Shown here in pieces: positions 21,634 through 31,922 of a stretch of DNA of 64,000 nucleotides. The stretch covers positions 288,001 to 352,000 of the forward strand of contig CAXXLX010000002.1 of the NCBI GenBank assembly GCA_963665235.2, in the 5' to 3' direction. This stretch comes from Candidatus Poribacteria bacterium. Its GTDB lineage: Bacteria > Poribacteria > WGA-4E > WGA-3G. Both the position numbers and the translations under genes were made by a program. The notes under the pieces were generated by a model. It searched no databases. It had not been told where the DNA came from and saw only the letters and a list, made by a program, of their open reading frames with translations. Every line of letters starts with the position of its first letter. The stretch's first letter is position 1.

Positions 21634-23063
21634 ATCAATTTTTCGGCGACCTCCGCTGCAGTTTCAAACAGCTGTTTCTGTTCTTTTTCGTAGAGTGTGC
21701 GTACATCAAACCATACCTGTTCCTCCTGTAATCGGCCGATGATAGCGGTGCTGCCTTGTCTGAAGTAGGCTGCTATTTTTTCTGCGGAGCCTACCTGCGG
21801 TGTGAGGACGACAGCGACGCTCGGCAATGTCTCGACAGGTAGTGAACCGCTCCCAATTTGTGATTGTGTGTCGGCGATAGTGATTGTGACGGTTTCTCCT
21901 AGAATTTCGGTGAGTTTATCTGTAATGTGTGCGGCTGTTTCGCGCAGTTCCTCTACGGGCCGTGTGTAACGCTGCAGCATCGGAAATTGTGAAACCGATA
22001 GTGCATCGTGATTGAGATAGGCTTGCAAGGTTGCCCCGAGTGCGGCGATAGTGAGTTTATCTACGCGTACTGCACGCATCAGTGGGTTTTTCCGGATTTT
22101 CTGAATCCATTCCGCTTTTCCGACGATGATGCCTGCTTGCGGTCCGCCGAGCAGCTTGTCGCCGCTAAAGGTGACAATGTCTACGCCACTCTCGATGCGG
22201 TCAGCGACGACCGGTTCATGCGGTAGTCCGTAAGTGGTAAGGTCAACGAGGGCACCGCTTCCTAAATCCTCCATCGTTGGAATGCCGTGTTGGGCACCGA
22301 GTGCTGTCAATTCGGACATCTCGGGGGCTGTTGTGAAACCGACCAATTTATAGTTGCTCGGATGCACCTTGAGGAGAAGTGCTGTGTTTTCGTTAATGGC
22401 TTCGGCATAGTCCCGGAGATGCGTTCTATTTGTAGTGCCAACCTCTCGTAGGATTGCTCCGCTTGCGGTCATGATATCCGGGATGCGGAAAGACCCGCCA
22501 ATTTCTATTAATTCCCCGCGTGAAACGATAACTTCTCTCCCACGTGCTACAGTTTGCAAGGCAATCAGGACGGCGGCAGCATTGTTATTGACCACGGTTG
22601 ATGCCTCCGCGCCTGTCAATTGCTGCAGGAGGGGTTCGGTGATTCGGTCTCGATGGCCCCGTTTTCCTGTCTCTACGTCGTATTCTAAGTTGACGTAATT
22701 CTGTGCGGCGTTCTGAAGGTTTTGACATGCAGCGGTGCCTAGCAATGCACGGCCAAGGTTTGTATGTGTGACTGTACCTGTGGCGTTGACGACAGGCCGT
22801 AGCTGGGGTCGCGTTTTTTCCTCAAGCCGTTGGCGAGCTAGTGCGACATATTCTTCTACTTCGGGCAGTCGTGGCAGGGCATCTCCCTTCAGAATTTGGG
22901 TTCGGATATCAGCGACGATTGCACGGAGGACTTCTGTGACAAGCGGCCGGGCGTAGGTTAATTGGATGTCCTGTATCTCCGGTAACGCTAGGAGTTTTTC
23001 AATTGCCGGGAGCTGACGCAGTAGGTTTTTATTTTCGTTTTGTTTACACGTTTTAGGGGTCAA
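21630..23063 (-). CDS. selA: L-seryl-tRNA(Sec) selenium transferase
   Basis: NATGTVTHTNLGRA, VNNNAAA, SRGELIEIGGSFRIP, FSGDKLLGGPQAG. Confidence 0.97.
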   Translation of the reverse strand: MTPKTCKQNENKNLLRQLPAIEKLLALPEIQDIQLTYARPLVTEVLRAIVADIRTQILKGDALPRLPEVEEYVALARQRLEEKTRPQLRPVVNATGTVTHTNLGRALLGTAACQNLQNAAQNYVNLEYDVETGKRGHRDRITEPLLQQLTGAEASTVVNNNAAAVLIALQTVARGREVIVSRGELIEIGGSFRIPDIMTASGAILREVGTTNRTHLRDYAEAINENTALLLKVHPSNYKLVGFTTAPEMSELTALGAQHGIPTMEDLGSGALVDLTTYGLPHEPVVADRIESGVDIVTFSGDKLLGGPQAGIIVGKAEWIQKIRKNPLMRAVRVDKLTIAALGATLQAYLNHDALSVSQFPMLQRYTRPVEELRETAAHITDKLTEILGETVTITIADTQSQIGSGSLPVETLPSVAVVLTPQVGSAEKIAAYFRQGSTAIIGRLQEEQVWFDVRTLYEKEQKQLFETAAEVAEKLI

Positions 23064-23196
23064 CTTCTTTTTCCATGTGAAATTTATGGGCGATATCGGA
23101 GAAAAACCGAAGATTTTTCACTTTTTTCTCACACAACATCGGCTGCGTATAATCGCACGCTAGGAATTTGGGGCTTTTTAGGGCCATATTTGATGC

Positions 23197-24111
23197 TTAT
23201 TGATTGCTATTTCCGTTGAAATCAATATCCTCAAAGGTTTTAGCGGTGAGTATCTGATCGAAAAGTGTATCAAGTCGCGAGAATTCCTTGATCTCTCGGA
23301 TTTCCTCTACAACAGTATCAGAGGTTTCAGGGAATTGGTGCGTCAGCAACTTGATAACATCATCTTGTTTGGTGCGGAACTCACCTTGTGTGATGCCGCG
23401 TTGATAACCTTGTTCATCGCCTTGGGCGATGCCGCGTTGCATTACCTGTTCGTAAAAAGGAGATTCTTGCATGATTGCCTCCAATCTAGGGTCTTGAAAA
23501 AGCTCTTTTGGATGGACTAAACTCCCGAAAAGGGAGAGTGCGAATAAAAGGTTCGCCCGCATCTCTCGACTGACATCTGCCGCCTGGGTCGTCTCTATAC
23601 ACTTCTCAACCCACGCTTTCGGTGTCATATCAGCGGGCGGTTCCATCAAAGCGGTGAAAGGGAGTAAACCTACAGCTGCAGGGTCTAAAAACGCTTCCCC
23701 CGGCAACTCATAAACACGGATGACGTTATACTGGAACGTCACACCGCCCCGCTGTTCGTTTCCATACCTATAGACACCGGTGTCATTTTTCCCCGCAGGG
23801 GGACGGAGATAGAACACCGTTGAATAGACGTTTTTGCCGTGTTCAAGGGCAAGGAGACTTGAATACGCCAGCATCCGGAGGTGCATCGGTTTATGTGTGC
23901 TGTCGTCGGTTTGTGCCTCTATATGTAGGATAGCCTCCTCATCAGGCAATTGGACGTGAAACGTCATATCGCTATGATGCATCCGAAGCGTGACGTGCTC
24001 GGTGTTCAGCTTCCCTAAGATTTTTACTTTTGAGGTCCCCAGTGCTAGCCCTGCTAACGAATCCGGGAAAATCCCCGTAATGAATTTAAAGATTTTATCA
24101 AAAAATGCCAT
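23197..24111 (-). CDS. Rpn/PD-(D/E)XK-like putative transposase/nuclease (DUF4351-type tail)
   Basis: SDMTF...ILHIEAQT, MHLRMLAY, MQESPFYEQV, GIAQG repeats; start reassigned to MAFFDKIFK. Confidence 0.75.
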   Translation of the reverse strand: MAFFDKIFKFITGIFPDSLAGLALGTSKVKILGKLNTEHVTLRMHHSDMTFHVQLPDEEAILHIEAQTDDSTHKPMHLRMLAYSSLLALEHGKNVYSTVFYLRPPAGKNDTGVYRYGNEQRGGVTFQYNVIRVYELPGEAFLDPAAVGLLPFTALMEPPADMTPKAWVEKCIETTQAADVSREMRANLLFALSLFGSLVHPKELFQDPRLEAIMQESPFYEQVMQRGIAQGDEQGYQRGITQGEFRTKQDDVIKLLTHQFPETSDTVVEEIREIKEFSRLDTLFDQILTAKTFEDIDFNGNSNQ

Positions 24112-24264
24112 AATGATTATTATACCTATATTGTAGAGATATGTCAATATGTTTATCGAGTGTGTAAAGTTTCGGTACACTAGTTCAGTATTCGGGCAAG
24201 TAGTCCGCTCTTCATACAAGGGGAAAACTTTTTCCAAACTCACGTTAAATTAAGGTTAAATACA

Positions 24265-24378
24265 CAGGACTTACGTAGCGCGTTGCTAAGTCCTTATGAT
24301 AATGGGATTTAGAGGGGGACTTAGCGGGCTGGGGGACCCAGCCCCTACGAGCTTATGTTCTAAATTTGCGTAAGTCCT
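24265..24378. mobile_element. CAGGACTTACG MITE
   Basis: TIRs with AATACA direct repeat on both sides. Confidence 0.8.
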
Positions 24379-24460
24379 AATACAAAAATTTCATTCTATC
24401 GTAATTTTATCATGTTCCGATGAAAATGTCAAACTTTTTGATGTTTCGATCTTTCGAACA

Positions 24461-25345
24461 CTACTGCAACGTTATGGTGAGGGTTGTCAAAAATTCGTTT
24501 TGTAGGCGGCGGTTATAGACACGGGCGGCGATTGCGGAGCCGTAGATGTTGCCGATATAGAAGATGCTACTGATGGTGCCGAGTGTCCACCCTTTTGCCG
24601 ATGAGAGCCCGTCTCGGTGAAAACCGTCATAGGCTTGCCAGCCTGTTACGCTAACGATGAGGAGGGAGCTAAGCACGTCGTTGATGCTGCTGCCAGCGTA
24701 GAGTCGTCCAGCCCCCGGTAGGATGGTGGAGAGAAAGCCCGCTATAAAAGGGCTGCGGGTGGGGAGGTTCGCCCCGGCTTTGGCATAATTGTGATACATG
24801 GATGCCTTTTCCCTGACCTCTATTGCTTCTGATTCCTGCAAGTCGTTGAAAACTTCGCTCGCTTCGGACCACCGCTTTTGCATCAGATAGGAGAGGCCGA
24901 TGAGCTGTTGCGATTCAGCACGGTGCCGCGCATCTGTTATGTGTGGTAGGGTTTGATGTAGAAATTTTACCGATTGCTCAAACTGCTCGGCGAGAAAATA
25001 GGAGGCCCCGATTTGATAGTAAACCTCGTTTGCAAATGGGCTGCCAGGGTGCGTCTGTAAGAGTTTTTCAAAGGTGCGAATTGCTTGCTCGGTTTTGCCG
25101 CCTAAGCGGTAACATAAGCCGATTTTATAAAGAATCTGCGGGGTGTCTACTGGGCTATAGAAGAGATAACGTTGGTATTCGCCTGCGGCTCGGAGGTAGT
25201 CGTTTTCGGTGTATAGCAGAAAATCGGCGAACTTTCGGATGTTTTCGGGACTATGATAGTCAGCACGTTCTTGGGTCGCGCTTACGGATAGGCAGGCGAT
25301 GTTAAGGAGAATTATGAAGGCTAATGTTTGTAACAGATTTACCAT
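24461..25345 (-). CDS. TPR protein with C-terminal membrane helices
   Basis: Signal peptide, TPR pattern, AGFLSTILPGAG. Confidence 0.8.
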   Translation of the reverse strand: MVNLLQTLAFIILLNIACLSVSATQERADYHSPENIRKFADFLLYTENDYLRAAGEYQRYLFYSPVDTPQILYKIGLCYRLGGKTEQAIRTFEKLLQTHPGSPFANEVYYQIGASYFLAEQFEQSVKFLHQTLPHITDARHRAESQQLIGLSYLMQKRWSEASEVFNDLQESEAIEVREKASMYHNYAKAGANLPTRSPFIAGFLSTILPGAGRLYAGSSINDVLSSLLIVSVTGWQAYDGFHRDGLSSAKGWTLGTISSIFYIGNIYGSAIAARVYNRRLQNEFLTTLTITLQ

Positions 25346-26058
25346 TTGATTTCCTTGACGGCTACAGATTTGGGTATTGTGAAATGTAGTATGGGCTTAG
25401 CGGGTTCCATGTTGACCTGCGGATTGCTATAGATAATCTGTTCATGTTGAAGGATTTCGGACTTTTCGCTATAGGTGCTGGCGGTAACAGTCATCGGGAT
25501 ATAGTTGAGTCCGATTGGACGATGCGCTTCATACCGTGTCCTTGCGATAATGTGTCCTTTAGGGCTCTTAACTTCGGCAGAGATAAGCTTGTCGTTGCGC
25601 ATTCCTAAGATGACGGGGCCGTGCTGCGCTTTCGCTTTTTTAGGGGGTGCCCAATAGGTATAAAGCACGCCGTCGACGACATCGTGTTTGTCTAGGGCAT
25701 AACCAACGGCAGTCAATCCGTATTCGGGTTGTGTGGTCTGGAGGATGGCTTCAATGAATGGTAACGGGATGCGTGCTTCGGAGATGAAACGGAAGGCTTG
25801 TTGCTCTGAAGGATAATAGATTTCTAAGACGTTTTTCTTGACGACCATTATCTGCTTAATCGGTTTGGTGACTTCAACGACAACCCGCGCAGCTTTTGCA
25901 TCGTAGTGGAGTGTGCCGACCGTTCGCTCGGTTTTTCTGTTTTCGGTTAATTCGCGCGTGAAATCTAGGGAGAGGGTTTTCAACGGCGCGGCGTGGAGAA
26001 CAGAGGTAAGGAGAAATCCTATGAGAAGCGGGGCAATACGTGCAATCCTTTTGAACAT
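25339..26058 (-). CDS. LolA-like periplasmic protein
   Basis: Signal peptide from MFKRIAR; LSLDFT...GTLHY...IKQIMVV...IYYP; the upstream ORF extension is MITE sequence. Confidence 0.55.
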   Translation of the reverse strand: MFKRIARIAPLLIGFLLTSVLHAAPLKTLSLDFTRELTENRKTERTVGTLHYDAKAARVVVEVTKPIKQIMVVKKNVLEIYYPSEQQAFRFISEARIPLPFIEAILQTTQPEYGLTAVGYALDKHDVVDGVLYTYWAPPKKAKAQHGPVILGMRNDKLISAEVKSPKGHIIARTRYEAHRPIGLNYIPMTVTASTYSEKSEILQHEQIIYSNPQVNMEPAKPILHFTIPKSVAVKEIKW

Positions 26059-26059
26059 A

Positions 26060-26505
26060 ATACCATTTTTATTAATTATTCTATCATTACCGGTTGTTAG
26101 AAATGAAACGGAGAACGGAAGACCCAAACTAAAAGTTTATGCTACAAGAAAGAACACAAACTGGAAGTTTATGCTACAAGAAAGAACACAAACTGGAAGT
26201 TTATGCTACAATGCTACAACAAAGAACACAAACTGGAAGTTTATGCTACAAGAAAGAACACAAACTGGAAGTTTATGCTACAAGAAAGAACACAAACTGG
26301 AAGTTTATGCTACAAGAAAGAACACAAACTGGAAGTTTATGCTACAAGAAAGAACACAAACTGGAAGTTTATGCTACAAGAAAGAACACAAACTGGAAGT
26401 TTATGCTACAAGAAAGAACACAAACTGGAAGTTTATGCTACAAGAAAGAACACAAACTGGAAGTTTATGCTACAACAAAGAGACATTTTCAATTAGAAAT
26501 GGTAT
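26060..26505. mobile_element. MITE (ATACCATTT...AAATGGTAT ends) carrying 11 tandem 32-bp GTAG-type REP units
   Basis: Unit aaactggaagtttatgctacaagaaagaacac; ends shared with 42274-42713 and the end at 29535. Confidence 0.85.
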
Positions 26506-26605
26506 AGCTTTTAGGCGTGGCAGTGAGTTTTTAGTATAGCGGACGAGGCAACCTCGCCCCTACGATGTGCTAAATTTGCGTCTGTCCTGCTACTGTTTTT
26601 GCACC

Positions 26606-27103
26606 TCAATCGGTGTACCTGTTAATGAGAATACTTGCCAAACATCCATCTACTAAGCTGCCAACAATACATCCTCCCAATGCCCAAGTGAATCGGAGTT
26701 TTTTCATTTCAATTTTATATGCATCCGTGTAAAAAGCGACATATTGTGGTGATTTTCCCAAAGTTCGAGCAGTCGGGACAGAACGTTGTGTCCGCTGTGA
26801 AAAGATGGGGCCGAATGCAAGCAAAAAACAACCTGAACTGAACCACAAAGTTTTATTGAGGTGTGCCTTTGCATCGCGTTTTGCATCGGCGATGGCTTGC
26901 TTCTCCTCCGCCTGGGAAGCCTCTTCTGCTTGTACCGTTTTCTTTCGGACGATGATTTCAATGGCACCCAAAAACTGTCCCAGCTGTTTATCAATTGCTG
27001 CCGTGGAGGGATTTTGTGCACTTATGTGAGTCAGCAAAGGTGATGTAAACATTAGTACAGCCATAGAAAATAACACTAATTTGAAATTAGAATTTAGCCG
27101 CAT
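26606..27103 (-). CDS. hypothetical membrane protein, paralog of 41818-42150
   Basis: Shared motif ARxLxKSxxYxxFYTxAY. Confidence 0.7.
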   Translation of the reverse strand: MRLNSNFKLVLFSMAVLMFTSPLLTHISAQNPSTAAIDKQLGQFLGAIEIIVRKKTVQAEEASQAEEKQAIADAKRDAKAHLNKTLWFSSGCFLLAFGPIFSQRTQRSVPTARTLGKSPQYVAFYTDAYKIEMKKLRFTWALGGCIVGSLVDGCLASILINRYTD

Positions 27104-27174
27104 CAGCTTGTTCTCTTGAGGAGCGGGAAACTTTGGGTTTGCCTATCGTTTATAACAGGCGAAAACAACGAATT

Positions 27175-27894
27175 TTAACGCTTTTTATCGTAAACATGCC
27201 CGGTAAAAGTGTCGGGCCAAAAAATTACTAACAGCTTACCATCCCATGTATACGTACTAACAGATGGCGCGAGTGTTCCTTCAGAAAACCAATGAATAGT
27301 TCCTTTTTTCTCGTCAAACGGTTCAATGAGTTCGTAAGAGCCGAAGAAAAATTGTTCATCATCTTCATATTGTCGTGTAAAAGTTGTAGTGGTAAGCCGC
27401 AGTGTTCCGCCTAATGAATCCACAGTTTTTCCATTGACTTGAGAACGGACCAGGTCATAATCCCCACTAAGTGCGTTAGCGACCTTGTATGCTTTTGAAA
27501 AAACTGTAACTGATGCTGTCTCTGACACCTCTTCGTCACCACCGTCTCGTATGGAAACACGCACCGTAACCTTTTCCGGGGGGACAACCTCTTCGTCTTC
27601 TAATGGTGGGGCGGTCCATTGTGCTTTACTCTCGGTTTCATTCTTTAAAGTTCCAGCCGATACATCCCACAGGTAGGTTAAGGTATCATCTTCCGGGTCG
27701 AAAGTGGTAACTTTCAATTCAACAGTTTCGCCATAATGAACCTCTTCTGGGACAGTAAAGCTGGTAATTTCGGGTGTATCGTTCGTCCAATTCTCAAATT
27801 GCTCACAACCGCTGAGAATAATCAGTTGGCAGGCAAGAAGTATAAACACCCCAAGGCGAATGGCGATAAATGGCGATTTTAACGTGATTTTCAC
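27175..27894 (-). CDS. lipoprotein with Ig/PKD-like domain
   Basis: Lipobox LSGC; DPEDDTLTYLW...WTAP. Confidence 0.75.
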   Translation of the reverse strand: MKITLKSPFIAIRLGVFILLACQLIILSGCEQFENWTNDTPEITSFTVPEEVHYGETVELKVTTFDPEDDTLTYLWDVSAGTLKNETESKAQWTAPPLEDEEVVPPEKVTVRVSIRDGGDEEVSETASVTVFSKAYKVANALSGDYDLVRSQVNGKTVDSLGGTLRLTTTTFTRQYEDDEQFFFGSYELIEPFDEKKGTIHWFSEGTLAPSVSTYTWDGKLLVIFWPDTFTGHVYDKKR

Positions 27895-28195
27895 TGAACA
27901 ACTCCTTATACGATCTTTAGATATATTGTATTATACCTTAAATTTTAGCAGATGTCAACGGGTGTGTAAAGTTTTCGTACACCTGTTTAGTATTCGGGTA
28001 AACGGTTTCCCGCTCCTATGGGCAATTCATTGTCCGTCGTGTCAGTATCCGGACAAACAGTTCCCCGCTTTCAGGACGATATGTTTATAGAAGCACACAA
28101 CCCCACACCTCTTAGTCCCATCGGGACGATATGTTTATAGAAGCACAAACCTCTTGCTAATTGCCAATCGCTAATCGCTAATTGCCAACGGTAAA

Positions 28196-28588
28196 TTAAT
28201 CGCCTGTGATAGATTTTACGGATACCTCGGGGCGCTCTGCCAAGACGCTGTCGAAGAGGGCGCGTCGCTCTGCTGCCAAATCTTCACACACTATCCTGGC
28301 GATGTCGGGCCCGACTGCCTGGAGTTTATCCTCCAAACCCGCCTCCTGGATTGGAACAGTGGCGATGAAGGCACCCTTATCCAGATCAAGCGGAAACCCC
28401 TCCTCCTGTTTAACACCATCTATGGCATATCGAACACGGCCCATGAAAAGCGGACCATATCCCTCATGGTACTGGAGCTCTACGCTGAGGAGTTCTATAG
28501 AATCAGTGAAGGGCACACGGCCGGCCAAGTCAAGCGTCCTAATCGTGATTTTGAGCCTATTAACGTTATCAACAATATGTTTTTTCAT
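28196..28588 (-). CDS. hypothetical protein (130 aa)
   Basis: AAGGAA RBS, ATG, directly downstream of the ART-like gene. Confidence 0.7.
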   Translation of the reverse strand: MKKHIVDNVNRLKITIRTLDLAGRVPFTDSIELLSVELQYHEGYGPLFMGRVRYAIDGVKQEEGFPLDLDKGAFIATVPIQEAGLEDKLQAVGPDIARIVCEDLAAERRALFDSVLAERPEVSVKSITGD

Positions 28589-28624
28589 CAGAGTTTTCCT
28601 TTTTATTGTGAAAGTTAAGATTAT

Positions 28625-29203
28625 CTATAAATAAACATCGAAACTATTCTTTACACAAGTTGCCGGAATGGCACCATGTACAAGAATTTCGGCATCCCGT
28701 AATGCTCGAACAAGTGTCTCTAATTCAATGGTTAGATTCGGCGGGCGCTGTGCCTTCGCTTCCAGGCGGCTGCAGCGAAGGCTGCCTCAAAAAATGCCCC
28801 ATATTTCTAGAATCAACAACCCCTATCAAAAAATTAGGCACTCCATCGTGTTGGTAGGGCGGCCCTGGGCTTGCCGGAGACGGTAACAGGGCCGCAACCT
28901 CCTTGACTGGATCAAGGAGATGGAGGCCAGGCAGCAGCGGCTCCTGAATCTCAATTTCGTGGACATAAGCCGGATCGCTCGGGGTAGGAAACCGCATACT
29001 ACTTGATATTGCATAGTGCAAAGCCACTCCGTACGAACGCGTTATAGAAATGAAAGGACTGTTGATAGTGCTTCTCGCAATATGAAGCATCAACCGATTT
29101 GTAGTAGATTCCATCCCGGGGGCCCTGGCAATAAACCACTTTCTATTGGATTATTTCGATACCAATAAGTATTAATGCCTGCCCCTCTATAAAATATCGC
29201 CAT
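28625..29203 (-). pseudogene. ADP-ribosyltransferase-like (R-S-E) gene with two compensating frameshifts (~192 aa)
   Basis: Reconstruction MAIFYRGAG...SPFISITRSYGVALHYA...LRDAEILVHGAIP; RBS GAGGAA; indels near 29134 and 28745. Confidence 0.65.
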
Positions 29204-29317
29204 AGTTCCTCTTTTTAGTTAGGGGCAGTAAGACTTGGAACAGCCCAAGCATCTCCGTTGAGGATGTCCTCGGTGGGACCTCGGAAAATGTTCTTTACGT
29301 CTGAAAACCACAATCTT

Positions 29318-29535
29318 TATTGTAGCATAACGCGTAGCGTGCCTCTTTATAAAAGCATAAACTTCCAGTTTGTGCCTCTTTATCGTAGCATAATCTTCCA
29401 GATTGTGCCTCTTTATTGTAGCATAATCTTCCAGTTTGTGCACTTTATCGTAGCATAAACTTCCAGTTTGGGTCTTCCGTTCTCTGTTTCATTGCTAACA
29501 ACCGGTAATGATAGAATAATTAATAAAAATGGTAT
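29318..29535 (-). mobile_element. truncated ATACCATTT-MITE with degenerate REP units
   Basis: Reverse copy of the 26060 left end; gtagcataaacttccagtttg units. Confidence 0.8.
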
Positions 29536-29617
29536 AACATGGAATATTTACACTTTCTTTATAGTTTACCATGCACTATGGCTCTGTGTCAAAAGGTTAA
29601 AATTTTTCTCAATGGCT

Positions 29618-30064
29618 TCATTTGAACGAGGCGTAATCTGAGACGGGGTCTATGTATTTACCGTTTGAATCATCTTTAGGGTAGTGTGCGGCTTGTGTTC
29701 CGTTGCACCGGAGCAACCGGTCAGCGGTGAGCAGGAAACCGCGCAGGAGCCCGTATTCTTGGATACACGCCATGCCGAAATGGGAACAACTTGGCGTGAA
29801 ATTACAGGACGGTTTGTCCTGGCTTGAGATGAATTTCTGATACAATCGTATTAAGCCTGTGGCTGCGAGTTTCAATTCGGAGGTTTCTTGCGGATTGAAG
29901 CGGATACGCTTCTGCGGTTTTGTAGGTGTAATTGGGTTGACGTGTCGGATGAAGGCAAGGTCAGCGGCTTCGCCTGCAAACGTGGATGGGACAGCAATAA
30001 TAGCGGATAAACAGAGTATATAGAGGCACATAAGTAGGGGATACATTGGTGAATGATTTAGCAT
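29618..30064 (-). CDS. YidD-like (haemolytic domain) protein with N-terminal extension
   Basis: IRLYQKFIS...CNFTPSCS...DRLLRCN. Confidence 0.75.
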   Translation of the reverse strand: MLNHSPMYPLLMCLYILCLSAIIAVPSTFAGEAADLAFIRHVNPITPTKPQKRIRFNPQETSELKLAATGLIRLYQKFISSQDKPSCNFTPSCSHFGMACIQEYGLLRGFLLTADRLLRCNGTQAAHYPKDDSNGKYIDPVSDYASFK

Positions 30065-30127
30065 GGGATTTCCTTGACCTCTACGGATTTGGGAGCGTTT
30101 TTTTGGGGGTACCCCCTTGTGGTCTCC

Positions 30128-31105
30128 TTACGGAAAGCATCCGGATGGGACATAATGTCGCGAGAAGAAGATTCCGAGGGTTACAGGCATCATGTCGTTG
30201 TTCGGGAGTGAGAAGAAGGGTCTATCCACTCGCAATTCGAGTTTGAGGCGACTTCTAGTCAAACGGAGCATCTCTACTCCACCGACAACATAAGCCCCTA
30301 GACCGCTGTCGTCCTCTGTATTAGACTCTTCGTAGTACTCCCACTCATCCCTAAACCAATGTTTTTGTTTTTTTTCAGTTATGGTTGTGTAACTACCTCC
30401 GAATATAGAGAATCCGCCTCCGATATAGGGCGTGATGTTCTTATTATTCAAAAAGTAGCGTCCCCCAATTGACCATGCGGCGAACATAAAGTTGTCGTCC
30501 CCGCTGTGTCGGAACTCTGTGCCTACAGCATACTTCGATGTCTCATAAGACCAACCGAATTCATAACCGGGTTCAGCAGTTACATCTGCTCCTGGTATAA
30601 AAGTTCCAAAGATTCCGACATTCCAAAGGGATTCACCTGCTATTTTTTTGGCTTCCGAGCCCTCATGTTCGGTAACGCTCTCGATGTCCACTGTATCTTC
30701 AATCGGTTTGTCATGAACGATTGCGTCAACCAATCTGGGGGCAACTTTAATCATTTCCTCTATGTTCGCTATCCAAAGTTGTCGTTCAACAACGGTGGTG
30801 CCGCGGGGTGTCTCTTTAGTAAGGTGTACGAGTACTTTTTCTCCCAGACGGCGGAAGGTTACGCGATAGAATTCGGCTGTTATCTGTGCCTCGTAAACGG
30901 GGTCGCTCACATCAATACCGAGTTTCCGGAATTCGGTAGCTATCAGTAGGACTGCGCTTTGTGCATCCACTTCATCTACACCGGGATGGTCGCCGATTAG
31001 TAGGGTAATGTGTTCGGCTGCGGTGTCTTGTTGGGCATGGGCTGATAGGAGCGCGAGGCCCGTTAGTAGCAATATGAAAACGTTTCGCATCAAGTTGATT
31101 TTCAT
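30128..31105 (-). CDS. secreted protein with C-terminal outer-membrane beta-barrel
   Basis: Signal peptide; ITPYIGGG, GLGAYVVGGVE strands; AAGGAG RBS. Confidence 0.7.
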   Translation of the reverse strand: MKINLMRNVFILLLTGLALLSAHAQQDTAAEHITLLIGDHPGVDEVDAQSAVLLIATEFRKLGIDVSDPVYEAQITAEFYRVTFRRLGEKVLVHLTKETPRGTTVVERQLWIANIEEMIKVAPRLVDAIVHDKPIEDTVDIESVTEHEGSEAKKIAGESLWNVGIFGTFIPGADVTAEPGYEFGWSYETSKYAVGTEFRHSGDDNFMFAAWSIGGRYFLNNKNITPYIGGGFSIFGGSYTTITEKKQKHWFRDEWEYYEESNTEDDSGLGAYVVGGVEMLRLTRSRLKLELRVDRPFFSLPNNDMMPVTLGIFFSRHYVPSGCFP

Positions 31106-31160
31106 TTTTTTCTCCTTCTAGAAAGAGGGTGACTAAGTTAAGATATAGGTGTGATATTTT

Positions 31161-31561
31161 GTCAAGGCACCCACCGCCTAAAGGCGGGGGAAACCTGTGC
31201 TTCGTAAACAACAGCACCTCCGAAGAAGTGTCTGACATCGTCTCCACAGGGAGATCCAAGCAGCCTCCTCAACATGAAAGTTGACTTTTATATACAATCC
31301 ATTTTGACAGTGCTTTTATCAGACCCACGCTTTTACCTATGGCAATCCAAGACACTCAAGTATCTCTGCAGCGTCCATCTGTTCTTTTCCGTGAAGTGCT
31401 GTCCCTTTACACAAGTCACACACGGGGGGAGCGAACAGGAACCTAACTCACAACCGGACACTACAAGAATATTATAACATCATGGATTGTATTTGTCAAG
31501 GAAAAAAGGAGCGGGCATTTCTCCCCGCGCTAAAGCGTCGGGGTCTCCTGCCCGAAGATTG
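31161..31561 (-). mobile_element. non-autonomous IS200/IS605 element with promoter and reRNA-like end, no protein
   Basis: End hairpins ccccgacgctttagcgcgggg and cccccgcctttaggcggtggg; follows TTTAC, ends TTGAC; TTGACA-17-TATAAT at 31471-31499. Confidence 0.75.
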
Positions 31562-31657
31562 GTAAAGTTTTTGTCAGTTGCGGTGCGGGGTTATTTAGTT
31601 CTCCATATTTTTCGCAGTTTTTTCAACAAACCTCATACTAGAAGAATATACACATAT

Positions 31658-31771
31658 CAAGACTTACGCAGAGCGTTGATAAACCCTTATGCTAATGGGA
31701 TTTAGAGGGAGCCCTAACGGGCGAGGCGACCTCGCCCCTACGATGCTCCTGCCAAATTTGCGTCTGTCCTG
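31658..31771. mobile_element. CAGGACTTACGCA-family MITE
   Basis: Degenerate TIRs with 7-bp CACATAT duplication. Confidence 0.8.
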
Positions 31772-31922
31772 CACATATATAAAGTGAATCTGTCCAACTA
31801 AATGAATTAGAAATAGTATAAGTAGACAGAGTCATTCAGTTTTCCATATTTCTGACGTGCAATAAATTGCGCGTCTACGAATGCACCCTGCTTGAAAAGA
31901 CGATAGCAGGCGGATACGGATG

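Noticed and set aside
26130-26480. CRISPR array
   Set aside because: Units are identical end to end with no unique spacers; it is a REP tandem array and no cas genes are present
25913-26539. 208-aa plus-strand ORF and most other short antisense ORFs in the track
   Set aside because: They overlap well-supported genes on the opposite strand or derive from repeats, with no motifs
29050-29203. Selenocysteine read-through of the TGA in the ART-like gene
   Set aside because: A TAA follows shortly in the same frame and the conserved motifs lie in another frame
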